A DNA stretch of 64,000 nt, from IMG/VR virus record IMGVR_UViG_3300036670_000209, positions 39,040 to 103,039 of that record; one strand, written 5' to 3'. Shown in pieces: positions 9,423-17,929 of this stretch. Positions within the stretch are counted from its first letter, which is position 1. Each line of letters opens with the position of its first letter. Origin of the DNA: a virus. The position numbers and the translations under genes were made by a program. Below the pieces are notes generated by a model that did not search any database, was not told the origin of the DNA, and was given only the letters and a program-made list of their open reading frames with translations.

Positions 9423-9761
9423 TTAAAAGGCAATGCCATCTGTCCACTCGGGAGGTGGTATAAATTGGGGTGTGAGCGGGCCTTGCCAATTGGGGTCGCT
9501 CCAATTGTCAAAAACCTGATTGTATGCCGAGTTTGTGCTGTGTGACGGGCAGCGCAGTCGATCCTGATCTTCACTGAGCTTGCGCATGGTATCAATCATA
9601 CTGTAAGGGTGCCAGGCATCCCAAATGGTAACATGGCCATCACAGTAGGTACCATCCCATGCACCATTGATCACCCAAAAATCAAAATCATCGGGTGATC
9701 GTGATCGGTTCACTATGACCAACAGCAGGGGACGATGTGGCAGTCCCAACATCAGTCTCAT
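9423..9761 (-). CDS. Hypothetical protein
   Basis: ORF track. Confidence 0.6.
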   Translation of the reverse strand: MRLMLGLPHRPLLLVIVNRSRSPDDFDFWVINGAWDGTYCDGHVTIWDAWHPYSMIDTMRKLSEDQDRLRCPSHSTNSAYNQVFDNWSDPNWQGPLTPQFIPPPEWTDGIAF

Positions 9762-9855
9762 GGTTCAATTCCCATGTGTTGGCTGATGCTGTCAATCAAC
9801 CCGCTGTGATCCACATCAGTTTTCAAGTGATCAGCCAGCTGTTGTATTAGATTGC

Positions 9856-9939
9856 TCACTGGTCAAGTGCCAAGTGGTCGATGTTATCTGGTACCTGATT
9901 CAGGTATGCAGCGTTGGTCAAGTGGTTATGATCTGTCAT
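9856..9939 (-). pseudogene. Truncated WSHLPNA-family remnant
   Basis: MTDHNHLTNAAYLNQVPDNIDHLALDQ*, ATGA-coupled to 9936-10394. Confidence 0.55.
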
Positions 9940-10394
9940 GTTGCCTTTGTTTGTATTGATTGTGCTTGCGTCAAGTGTGCTGGTACCCCCAGGGCGTTTG
10001 CAGTTCCCATGAAAGTTACGTAGGGCAGCAATAGCACACTGGCAGGATCTGCGTTTAACTTACTCCAAACAGCCAGGTGATCTGAGGTCATGGTCAGATA
10101 TCGGTCACAGTGATCATAGGCGATCAGGGCCATTATTGCATCTCTTGCTGCATCCCTTGCTACACTCACAGCAGCCACCTCCCAGGTTACATCACGTAGC
10201 GCATTACGCGCCGCGCGCTTTGCTGAAATCCATGCGGCATCCCGTTCCGCATTCCACAACTCACCCCAGGCCGCATTCCAAGCCGTATTCCTTGCCGCAT
10301 CACACGCCGGTATTGGTCTAATAGAGAACGACTGTATGTGGGCCAATACCTGATCAATATGCGCCGCATTGGGTAAATGACTCCATGCAGTCAT
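9936..10394 (-). CDS. WSHLPNA-family paralog (array 2)
   Basis: Conserved termini and repeat core. Confidence 0.85.
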   Translation of the reverse strand: MTAWSHLPNAAHIDQVLAHIQSFSIRPIPACDAARNTAWNAAWGELWNAERDAAWISAKRAARNALRDVTWEVAAVSVARDAARDAIMALIAYDHCDRYLTMTSDHLAVWSKLNADPASVLLLPYVTFMGTANALGVPAHLTQAQSIQTKAT

Positions 10395-10831
10395 GCTGTT
10401 TCCTTTGAGGTAGCAGGTTCCATGAGGGTCACGTAGGGCAACAACAAGATTGCCGCCGGTTCTGTGCTCAACTTACTCCAAACAGCCAGTTCGTCAGCAG
10501 TCATGGTCAGATATTGGGCACTGTGGTCATAGGCAATCAGGGCTATTATCACATCCTGTGCCGCATCCCATGCCACATCCAATGCCGCATTCCATGCCAC
10601 ATCCCCCGTTACGGTCAGCACCAGTGCACTGTATACCGCACGCCGCGCCGCGCACCATGCTGCATCTTGTGACACCTCTTGTACCCCATCCTGTGCCGCA
10701 CGCCAGGCCGCATTTTGTGCCACCTTTTGTACCACATGTTCGGTTGGCATTGATCTAATAGAGAACGACCCCAAGTTGGCTATCACTGCATCAATATGCA
10801 GTGCATTGGGCAAGTGACTCCATGCAGTCAT
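10391..10831 (-). CDS. WSHLPNA-family paralog (array 2)
   Basis: Conserved termini and repeat core. Confidence 0.85.
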   Translation of the reverse strand: MTAWSHLPNALHIDAVIANLGSFSIRSMPTEHVVQKVAQNAAWRAAQDGVQEVSQDAAWCAARRAVYSALVLTVTGDVAWNAALDVAWDAAQDVIIALIAYDHSAQYLTMTADELAVWSKLSTEPAAILLLPYVTLMEPATSKETA

Positions 10832-11241
10832 ACTGGTTGCTCGGTTGTGGAGTGTTCCAATAGGGTCACATAGGGCAGTAGTAGGATTGCCGCTGGATCT
10901 GTGCCCAGGGCGCTCCAGGCGCGTAGTTGATCTGCGGTCATGTTCATGTATCGGTCACTGTGGTCATAGGCAACTAATGCCATTATTGCATCTTGTACCG
11001 ACCGCCATGCCCCATGCCACGCCACATCCCATGCCACATTCCATGCCGCATCCCATGCCGCATCCCATACCACATCTCTTGATGCCGCCTGCGCCGCACC
11101 CCATGCCGCATCACGTGCCACATCCCATGATGCACGCCATGCCGCATCATGTGCCGGCATTGGTCTAATAGAGAACAACTTCATGTTGATCAATGCCTGA
11201 TCTATGTGCCGTGCATTGGGCAAGTGACTCCATTCCGTCAT
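10828..11241 (-). CDS. WSHLPNA-family paralog (array 2)
   Basis: Start moved to MTEWSHLPNA at ATGA overlap. Confidence 0.85.
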   Translation of the reverse strand: MTEWSHLPNARHIDQALINMKLFSIRPMPAHDAAWRASWDVARDAAWGAAQAASRDVVWDAAWDAAWNVAWDVAWHGAWRSVQDAIMALVAYDHSDRYMNMTADQLRAWSALGTDPAAILLLPYVTLLEHSTTEQPV

Positions 11242-11675
11242 GCTGTTTCCTTGGTTGTGATGTGTTCCAATAGGGTCACATAGGGCAGTAACAGCACACA
11301 TGCAGGATCCGCACCCAACGCACTCCATACCTGTAGTTGATCTGCTGTCATGTGCATGTATCGGTCACAGTGGTCATAGGCGATCAGGGCCATTATTGCA
11401 TCTTGTGCCGACCGCCATGCCACATCTTGCACCACATCTATTGCCGCGTTCCACGCCGCATCCCATGCCCCATTCCATGCCACATCTCTTGATGCCACCA
11501 GCGCCGCGTTCCACGCCGCGTTCCACGCCGCGTTCCACGCCGCGTCTCGTGCTGTACGCCATGCCGCACGCCATGCTGCATCATGTGCCGGCATTGGTCT
11601 AATAGAGAACGACTCCAAGTTGGCCAATACCTGATCTATGTGCCGTGCATTGGGCAAATGACTCCATTCCGTCAT
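11238..11675 (-). CDS. WSHLPNA-family paralog (array 2)
   Basis: Start moved to MTEWSHLPNA; AAWNAAWNAAWNAA core. Confidence 0.85.
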   Translation of the reverse strand: MTEWSHLPNARHIDQVLANLESFSIRPMPAHDAAWRAAWRTARDAAWNAAWNAAWNAALVASRDVAWNGAWDAAWNAAIDVVQDVAWRSAQDAIMALIAYDHCDRYMHMTADQLQVWSALGADPACVLLLPYVTLLEHITTKETA

Positions 11676-12085
11676 GCTGTTTCCTTGGTTGTGATGTGTT
11701 CCAATAGGGTCACATAGGGCAGTACTAGGATTGCCGCTGGATCCGTACCCAACGCGCCCCATATTTTCAGTTGATCTGCGGTCATGGTCAGATATTGGGC
11801 ACTGTGGTCATAGGCAACTAATGCCATTATTGCATCTTGTGCCGATCGCCATGCCACATCCCATTCCACATCTCTTGCCGCGTTCCACGCCGCATTCCAT
11901 GCCGCATTCCATGCCACATCTCTTGATGCCGCCTGCGCCGCATCCCATGCCGCATCTCGTGCTGTACGCCGTGCCGCACGCCGTACAGCATCATATGCCG
12001 GCATTGGTCTAATAGAGAACAACTGCGTGTTAATCAATGCCTGATCTATGTGCCGTGCATTGGGCAAATAACTCCATTCCGTCAT
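11672..12085 (-). CDS. WSHLPNA-family paralog (array 2)
   Basis: Start moved to MTEWSYLPNA. Confidence 0.85.
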   Translation of the reverse strand: MTEWSYLPNARHIDQALINTQLFSIRPMPAYDAVRRAARRTARDAAWDAAQAASRDVAWNAAWNAAWNAARDVEWDVAWRSAQDAIMALVAYDHSAQYLTMTADQLKIWGALGTDPAAILVLPYVTLLEHITTKETA

Positions 12086-12507
12086 GCTGTTTCCTTTGAG
12101 GTAGCATGCTCCAAGAAAGTCACATATGGAATCAACAAGATCGCAGCGGGATCCTCGTTCAGAGCACCCCATACCTGTAGTTGGTCTGAGGTCATGGTCA
12201 AATATCGGTCACAATAATCATAGGCAACTAATGCCAATATCGAATACCTTGCCGCAGTCCGTGCCGCATCCAATGCCGCACTCCACGATGTAGTCCATGC
12301 CGCATCCAATTCCGCATACCATGCCGCATCTCTTGCCGCATACCATGCTGCATCTCTTGCCGCAGCTATTGCCGCATCCAATGCCGCAGCTATGATCTCA
12401 GCCTGACACGTTTGATATGCCCTGCTGGCTTCAGTGGGATACGAGTGTAAGTTGGCTATCACTGCATCAATATGCCGTGCATTGCGCAAGTGACTCCATT
12501 TGGTCAT
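12082..12507 (-). CDS. WSHLPNA-family paralog (first gene of array 2)
   Basis: MTKWSHLRNARHID; conserved C-terminus. Confidence 0.85.
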   Translation of the reverse strand: MTKWSHLRNARHIDAVIANLHSYPTEASRAYQTCQAEIIAAALDAAIAAARDAAWYAARDAAWYAELDAAWTTSWSAALDAARTAARYSILALVAYDYCDRYLTMTSDQLQVWGALNEDPAAILLIPYVTFLEHATSKETA

Positions 12508-12533
12508 ATTGTTTCCTTTGAGGCAACGAGTGG

Positions 12534-12899
12534 TTACAGGCCCAGTAGCTGGCGTTCTTCATCAGTGAGTTTGGCCAGCGCACCAGCTTTGAGTTTGAGT
12601 AAACGACTGGCCTCTGCTGCTTTTTGCTCCTTGTACTCCACTGCACGATCCAAGTCAAACAGATCCAGGTCTGACTTCACGCTCCATTTGGAACTGATTA
12701 GAAAAGCATCACCGCACTGATCGTCAAGATCCTCAAGGTAGAAATCCGAGCCTCTGACACTGAGCTCAATGTACACTGCACCTGCACGATCCAACACTCC
12801 CATCATGCGCATGATATAAGTGTCTCGGTCCAGCTGTTCAACCTGAGTGTGCACTGAGTCATTGCGCTGTGCTCTTTGTGCTTGGGTCTCTTTTGTCAT
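12534..12899 (-). CDS. Hypothetical protein (ALAKLT.EE family), paralog of 23241-23609
   Basis: Start moved to MTKETQ after promoter; ends ALAKLTDEERQLLGL. Confidence 0.7.
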   Translation of the reverse strand: MTKETQAQRAQRNDSVHTQVEQLDRDTYIMRMMGVLDRAGAVYIELSVRGSDFYLEDLDDQCGDAFLISSKWSVKSDLDLFDLDRAVEYKEQKAAEASRLLKLKAGALAKLTDEERQLLGL

Positions 12900-12932
12900 C
12901 TTGTGCTTTCTATTGCGGCTGTTTATGTGTTG

Positions 12933-12961
12933 ATTATAGCACAGTTGAATAACCCTGTCAA
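12933..12961 (-). promoter_or_regulatory. Consensus sigma70 promoter TTGACA-N17-TATAAT with shared leader
   Basis: Perfect hexamers followed by CAACACATAAACAGC; probably drives array 2. Confidence 0.85.
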
Positions 12962-12972
12962 CCGGCGGGTCT

Positions 12973-13362
12973 TTAATTTTTATAAAGTGTAACTGATTGT
13001 GGATAGGGCACACTCTCATTGGCCTGTATTATTACCATTTTGCCTTCAACTTCAAAAACCACATACATATAATGTTTATCAGAACGGATTTTTCCACTCT
13101 GTTCACTATACCCCTCTGGCTGAAAACTTACAAACTTACCGACGACACGTTCATTTTTAAAAACTTGTGTTTCTTGATTAGTCAAGTGGTAGCTGACACC
13201 GTAAACAATTAAGCAACAAATGGTTGAAATGAAAAAGTATCCAAAGAACTCAGAAGGTTCATTTGAAAATACAATCACCAAGAAAATAATGCAGAATGCA
13301 AAGACAAACCAAAAGCCTGTATGGTCTGGTGTAATAGTTTGCAGTGGGTTGATGGTATACAC
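12973..13362 (-). CDS. Membrane protein (2 TM plus soluble domain)
   Basis: GTG start; two hydrophobic stretches. Confidence 0.65.
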   Translation of the reverse strand: MYTINPLQTITPDHTGFWFVFAFCIIFLVIVFSNEPSEFFGYFFISTICCLIVYGVSYHLTNQETQVFKNERVVGKFVSFQPEGYSEQSGKIRSDKHYMYVVFEVEGKMVIIQANESVPYPQSVTLYKN

Positions 13363-13397
13363 AGTGTACTTTCTAGTCTGTTGCTGTTTATGTGTTG

Positions 13398-13426
13398 ATT
13401 ATAGCATATTTGGATAATCCTGTCAA
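13398..13426 (-). promoter_or_regulatory. Consensus sigma70 promoter TTGACA-N17-TATAAT with shared leader
   Basis: Read directly. Confidence 0.85.
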
Positions 13427-13680
13427 ACGATCAGCAATGCTTCAATGTCTGCTTCGCCGCCCTGATCAAACCGCACATACTCTTTTCCATTGTAGCCAGC
13501 AGTGACCTTGAGTCCAGGCGCACTGATCACTGTGGTATATCCTTCATCCATTAACTGGATTGTAACCTGTTCACGGCACCAGGTATCCACTGTCCAGCCA
13601 GCGCCTATGGTTTGATAATCACGTGGCTCGTGGAATTCAGGAGTTTTGACCATGTTGATCAACATTTGGATGTTAGTCAT
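13423..13680 (-). CDS. Hypothetical protein
   Basis: ORF track; own promoter. Confidence 0.65.
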   Translation of the reverse strand: MTNIQMLINMVKTPEFHEPRDYQTIGAGWTVDTWCREQVTIQLMDEGYTTVISAPGLKVTAGYNGKEYVRFDQGGEADIEALLIV

Positions 13681-13706
13681 ATCATTTGCTTTATTGCTAT
13701 GTGTTA

Positions 13707-13735
13707 ATTATAACACTTTCAGATAACCCAGTCAA
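13707..13735 (-). promoter_or_regulatory. sigma70 promoter TTGACT-N17-TATAAT
   Basis: Read directly. Confidence 0.8.
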
Positions 13736-13753
13736 TCGTAGGGTCTTTAGTTC

Positions 13754-13972
13754 TTATACTGTATAAGTGGCACCGTAAGCAATGCCAGCTATGATAGTGG
13801 CAACCAAGAAACGTAGTACAAAACTGTCAGCAGGTTTATGGTCTACAATTTCAGCCAACTGTTTGGCTGTAGACGTAAGACCTCGCACAGCTAAATACAC
13901 CACATACACAATACAAATTAATAGTCTCAGATCATCTACTGGAATATGTTCCATTGGATTAATAGTGATCAT
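13754..13972 (-). CDS. Small membrane protein, short relative of 12973-13362
   Basis: MITINPMEHIP vs MYTINPLQTITP; IAYGATY vs IVYGVSY. Confidence 0.6.
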   Translation of the reverse strand: MITINPMEHIPVDDLRLLICIVYVVYLAVRGLTSTAKQLAEIVDHKPADSFVLRFLVATIIAGIAYGATYTV

Positions 13973-14007
13973 GTGTTGCTTTCTACTGTGTTGCTGTTTA
14001 TGTGTTA

Positions 14008-14036
14008 ATTATAACACGTTTTCGGGACCTGGTCAA
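14008..14036 (-). promoter_or_regulatory. sigma70 promoter TTGACC-N17-TATAAT with shared leader
   Basis: Read directly. Confidence 0.8.
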
Positions 14037-14200
14037 TCCAAGGGTTGTTCCTCGACTGCTTCAAACCATTCTGTTTTAAATGGATTGTCATTATTAGCCG
14101 ATTCAGCAAATTGGTCTGCTTCAACTTCTGTGGCAAACTGAGCTACTTCATTTCTGAGTACCTCATCATAATCTCTAACGCAATGTTTTACGATCCACAT
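14033..14200 (-). CDS. 55-aa hypothetical protein (not in ORF track)
   Basis: Hand translation MWIVKHCVRDYDEV...EEQPLD*; fills the gap. Confidence 0.55.
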   Translation of the reverse strand: MWIVKHCVRDYDEVLRNEVAQFATEVEADQFAESANNDNPFKTEWFEAVEEQPLD

Positions 14201-14215
14201 ATAATTTCCCAATTC

Positions 14216-14449
14216 TCAAAATTTACATTCTATATTTTGGCCACACCAAATTCTTTCAACTGCACCTTTAATTCCCGTTTGTTTTACTGTATCTACGTTA
14301 TTATATACAGTTGACCCAATAAAAATATAAAAGCAAACAATTCCAACAAAAATTACTGAGGCAATAATCGCTAGTACCCGAAACAATATATTAAACAAAC
14401 TGAAACCTTGATCAAGTTTATTGCGATTAAATTTTTTTGTGTTAAACAT
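14216..14449 (-). CDS. Small membrane protein
   Basis: Start moved to MFNTKK; one long TM segment. Confidence 0.6.
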   Translation of the reverse strand: MFNTKKFNRNKLDQGFSLFNILFRVLAIIASVIFVGIVCFYIFIGSTVYNNVDTVKQTGIKGAVERIWCGQNIECKF

Positions 14450-14639
14450 TTCCCAGTGCTTTCCAGCCGTAACGACTCGCAAAAATCTCTGCATCACTGC
14501 GCAGTTGATATTCCCGAACACACTTGGTCATATAACATTCAATCTGGCGAATAGTGTCAAACTTGAGTTCACGCACTGTGACCACATATTTTGGATATTC
14601 TTTTGTACCTGGATATATATTTGCTATAAACTTTTTCAT
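14442..14639 (-). CDS. Hypothetical protein
   Basis: ORF track. Confidence 0.55.
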   Translation of the reverse strand: MKKFIANIYPGTKEYPKYVVTVRELKFDTIRQIECYMTKCVREYQLRSDAEIFASRYGWKALGNV

Positions 14640-14648
14640 GATATAAAC

Positions 14649-14711
14649 TTAATAATTATTGAGACCCAGCAGCTGGCGTTCTTCAGGTGTAAGTTTGGTT
14701 TCTTTTGCCAT
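14649..14711 (-). pseudogene. Internal-deletion minigene of the 12534/23241 family
   Basis: MAKETKLTPEERQLLGLNNY* = family N-terminus fused to family C-terminus. Confidence 0.65.
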
Positions 14712-14722
14712 ATTGCACTTGA

Positions 14723-14905
14723 TTAGTCAATTTTTAATTTTGCAGTCATTCTTCGCAAATTTTCTTGAGCCGTCTTGGTTATCGACTCGGACAATGATTG
14801 ATTATGAAAATGTGAATGATTCTTGCGCAACAAATCATAACAACTATTGAGCCTAATTTTTGACTCAATAGATTCAATCTCTTTGTTTAAATTATCTGGT
14901 TTCAT
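14723..14905 (-). CDS. Hypothetical protein
   Basis: ORF track. Confidence 0.45.
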   Translation of the reverse strand: MKPDNLNKEIESIESKIRLNSCYDLLRKNHSHFHNQSLSESITKTAQENLRRMTAKLKID

Positions 14906-14961
14906 AATAAGCCTTTGTTGATAGTTTATTATAACATAGTGATAACAAAAGTAAACTTATT

Positions 14962-15291
14962 TCATAATTTCTTAACAGTGAATTCGTGTCCAAGAACATA
15001 ATACTGGTCATTATCCGAGTCACACCCATAAAGAAATGTTGATGTACCAATATACAGATCTTCACCTATGCTGAATTTTCTCCAATATTCATCATCACCA
15101 CAGCATGCGCGTACTGAGCAATCTTCCAGAGCAAGATTAAATAACTCATTTTCTATGCTTTTGCTTAATTCTTCTAATGCTTCACCAGAGTTGATTACGG
15201 GTTTCTTACTTAATTCATCTAACTTGCGATTCAAAACCCCAAGTTTACACGTTAGTTCAAAAATATTATATTCGAGTTCTTGTTTATTCAC
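14962..15291 (-). CDS. Hypothetical protein, family with 18073 and 18547
   Basis: GTG start at GTGA overlap; C...CG.D.Y..KF.IG..LY.G motif. Confidence 0.65.
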   Translation of the reverse strand: MNKQELEYNIFELTCKLGVLNRKLDELSKKPVINSGEALEELSKSIENELFNLALEDCSVRACCGDDEYWRKFSIGEDLYIGTSTFLYGCDSDNDQYYVLGHEFTVKKL

Positions 15292-15596
15292 TGTGCATCT
15301 GCAATCATAGGACATTGTCCGGTCATGCTGGCTGAGACACTGTTTGGACAAATCCAACCAGATTGTTTTTTAATATCAAAATGTTTTACTATATCACTAT
15401 TCAACCAAGAGGCAGTTTCTTGTGTGTTGCGTCCAAGGTCAATGGATTCACCCATAGTCGCATTTACAACATCTAAACAGTCTTTTATAATTAGCTCTGC
15501 AAAATGTTCTATTGCGGCTCTCTGAACTGGACCGGTTTTAAAGAAGTCTGCAATACGTTCATTGCATTGTGCTATTTCTTGTATTCGTTCGTTCAT
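15288..15596 (-). CDS. MNERI/HFG-family protein with C-terminal extension
   Basis: MNERIQEIA...HFAELIIKDC...VKHFD. Confidence 0.7.
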   Translation of the reverse strand: MNERIQEIAQCNERIADFFKTGPVQRAAIEHFAELIIKDCLDVVNATMGESIDLGRNTQETASWLNSDIVKHFDIKKQSGWICPNSVSASMTGQCPMIADAQ

Positions 15597-15657
15597 GACA
15601 ATATTCCAATTAATATTATGGTTAAACCGATTACTATTAACCATTTACACCAGTTGA

Positions 15658-15864
15658 TTATTCAACTCCAAAATGTTTCTTGATGTGCCAGCATGGGTGA
15701 ATACCATCTTTGGATTCCGGCACAGTATCTGGTAACACATCAGAAACTACATCTAGACATTCCTGAATGATCAATTGGGCGAACCTTTCATACACCGTGT
15801 CGTTAGGCAGTGCGACATAATGCACACCAGCCTGTTCCAATAGGTCTCGAATTTGTTTGTTCAT
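15658..15864 (-). CDS. MNERI/HFG-family small protein
   Basis: MNKQIRDLL...RFAQLIIQEC...KKHFGVE. Confidence 0.75.
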   Translation of the reverse strand: MNKQIRDLLEQAGVHYVALPNDTVYERFAQLIIQECLDVVSDVLPDTVPESKDGIHPCWHIKKHFGVE

Positions 15865-16025
15865 CAGTAGCACTCCTCAAGAATGACATTGTGACCTAGA
15901 TGCTCTAACAGGTTCTTGATACCTTGTGTGCCCAGGTCTTCATCATTGTGATCCCAACTGAAAGTCTTACCATCTACCTTCACTGTCCATCCGTCACAGT
16001 GTTGCTCAATTTCAATATTTTTCAT
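15864..16025 (-). CDS. 53-aa hypothetical protein (not in ORF track)
   Basis: MKNIEIEQHCDGWTVKVDG...EECY*; overlaps both neighbours at start/stop. Confidence 0.6.
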   Translation of the reverse strand: MKNIEIEQHCDGWTVKVDGKTFSWDHNDEDLGTQGIKNLLEHLGHNVILEECY

Positions 16026-16255
16026 TCTTCAACTCCAAAATGTTTCCTGACCACAGCCACACCTTCATCGACATCATTATAGTGCAGTACAATGTTGGTG
16101 CATTCTTTAACAATCAACTCAGCGAATTTTTCCAATCCGACACCTTTAGTATAAACAATCTTTTCAATACCTGTTGCTACTGGAATATACCAATCAGAAT
16201 CATCCAGAAATTTACATCCAGCCTGTTCAGCAAGTTTTTGAATTCGCTCATTCAT
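16022..16255 (-). CDS. MNERI/HFG-family small protein
   Basis: MNERIQKLAEQAG...LEKFAELIVKEC...RKHFGVEE; promoter TTGATA-N17-TATAAT at 16291-16319. Confidence 0.8.
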   Translation of the reverse strand: MNERIQKLAEQAGCKFLDDSDWYIPVATGIEKIVYTKGVGLEKFAELIVKECTNIVLHYNDVDEGVAVVRKHFGVEE

Positions 16256-16330
16256 AATTTAACTCCTATTATATTTCAGTTTATATATTAATTATAACAC
16301 AATTAAACAACTGTATCAAGCCTAAAGTTT

Positions 16331-16678
16331 TTACCAGGTAACCTGAATGTAAGGCAGCATCTTAAGCGTAACTTCTTCATCCATGCTTTTGAATCCTCCG
16401 CCAATCCGTGTCTCTCGATATGAGATTTTAAACTCATACCCCAGCTGTTTCATTTCTTGTTCAATTGATCTTTGCAAGGGAGTAAACTCTGCTGAATAAA
16501 ATGACTCAGTCACAACCCTAAATTCCACATGATATGGAAGGGCTATATCTAACCAAATTTCGGATTTACCTAGACTAGCAGCAATGCTAATTTTTTCTCC
16601 AATCTGCTGTATCCGTTTGGTCATGATGACATGACTGGTTTCAACTGCTGCACGTGCTTGCTGTGCTGTGATCATCAT
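16331..16678 (-). CDS. Hypothetical protein
   Basis: Start moved to MMITAQQA after AAGGA. Confidence 0.65.
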   Translation of the reverse strand: MMITAQQARAAVETSHVIMTKRIQQIGEKISIAASLGKSEIWLDIALPYHVEFRVVTESFYSAEFTPLQRSIEQEMKQLGYEFKISYRETRIGGGFKSMDEEVTLKMLPYIQVTW

Positions 16679-16713
16679 GTGTTCCTTTGTTGTGATTGGC
16701 ATTGGCAGGACAG

Positions 16714-16953
16714 TCAGGGGTAGTAATCAACATCCACTGCATCTACTTCATAATACATATTACGTCCTGCAATAACCATGGCCTCAATCTCTGTGTAACC
16801 CAGTGGTGAACTCATCAGTTGGCGAACATGTTTAGCCTGGCTGGCGCTGCGTAACTGCTCGCACTCAGCGAATGCCCTGGCTTTTGATGTGTAGCCTTTG
16901 ACCACCTCATAGCCCAGGTCAATTATTTCACACACCAACCACACGGTGGTCAT
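16714..16953 (-). CDS. Hypothetical protein
   Basis: ORF track. Confidence 0.6.
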   Translation of the reverse strand: MTTVWLVCEIIDLGYEVVKGYTSKARAFAECEQLRSASQAKHVRQLMSSPLGYTEIEAMVIAGRNMYYEVDAVDVDYYP

Positions 16954-16955
16954 GA

Positions 16956-17219
16956 TTAAACTCCAAAGTGTTCGTTAATATCCATCTCAGCAGTGGCCAT
17001 TGCTTCATCTACATTACATTCATCATCAATGGCTTGATTCTTTCTTTTAGAGACAATACTAACACATTCAGCCACAATCAATTGGGCGAACCGTTCAATA
17101 GATGCCATCCGAATGTCAATAGGAACTCTATACCCATCTGGTGCATTAACTGTATATAAATGTACCATATAACCATGCAAATGACTATCTATACACATTT
17201 TTCTAATTTGTTCGTTCAT
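16956..17219 (-). CDS. MNERI/HFG-family small protein
   Basis: MNEQIRK...ERFAQLIVAEC...NEHFGV. Confidence 0.75.
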   Translation of the reverse strand: MNEQIRKMCIDSHLHGYMVHLYTVNAPDGYRVPIDIRMASIERFAQLIVAECVSIVSKRKNQAIDDECNVDEAMATAEMDINEHFGV

Positions 17220-17434
17220 ACTTCAACTCCAAAGTGTTTCACAATTTTCCAATAGGGATGAGCACCTTCTTTGGATTCTGCCGCATCATCATCATCGGAC
17301 ACATCCTCAGACACAACATCCATACATTCTTGAATGATCAACTGGGCGAATTTTTCTAGTTTAGTGGGAATACCCTCTGGATTGTATGTTGGCAACCCAG
17401 CCTCATGAGCAAGGTCTCGAATTCGTTGGTTCAT
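17216..17434 (-). CDS. MNERI/HFG-family small protein
   Basis: MNQRIRDLAHEAG...LEKFAQLIIQEC...VKHFGVEV. Confidence 0.75.
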   Translation of the reverse strand: MNQRIRDLAHEAGLPTYNPEGIPTKLEKFAQLIIQECMDVVSEDVSDDDDAAESKEGAHPYWKIVKHFGVEV

Positions 17435-17499
17435 GTGTTGCTTTCCGGTGTGTTGCTGTTTATGTGTTAATTATAACAAAGACCCTGTCAACTGATGGG

Positions 17500-17709
17500 T
17501 TATTCCGACTCCCATGAATCTGTTACTAGATCGTATTTGTTTTCGCTGTGATAGCTAGCATACGCGTAATCAGCAGCCTTACCGGGTGTGTCGCCATACC
17601 CGCAAATTTGGTAGACAGTCATGGTTTTACTGTCTTTGAACGTCAGGAACGCTCGATAATCCTCATCCTGAATTTTTTCTTGAACTTCAATACTAATAAA
17701 ATGTATCAT
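17500..17709 (-). CDS. Hypothetical protein
   Basis: ORF track. Confidence 0.55.
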   Translation of the reverse strand: MIHFISIEVQEKIQDEDYRAFLTFKDSKTMTVYQICGYGDTPGKAADYAYASYHSENKYDLVTDSWESE

Positions 17710-17710
17710 T

Positions 17711-17929
17711 TCATTCTCCGTGGATCATTACAAGAACCTTACCAGCCATTTCTGGATATTTACGCTGATGAAGTGGATCACGGTAGTCCAGGGTATAACA
17801 GCATTCAATGTCCACTGACTGCATGGTCATATGGGTTTCATAACCACGTGATACTTGAACACCGCATTCTACTTCAGCATCTTGTGGGAGTGTTTTCATC
17901 CATTCAATCATTTGTGCTACTGTTGTCAT
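17711..17929 (-). CDS. Hypothetical protein
   Basis: ORF track; promoter at 17965-17993. Confidence 0.65.
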   Translation of the reverse strand: MTTVAQMIEWMKTLPQDAEVECGVQVSRGYETHMTMQSVDIECCYTLDYRDPLHQRKYPEMAGKVLVMIHGE

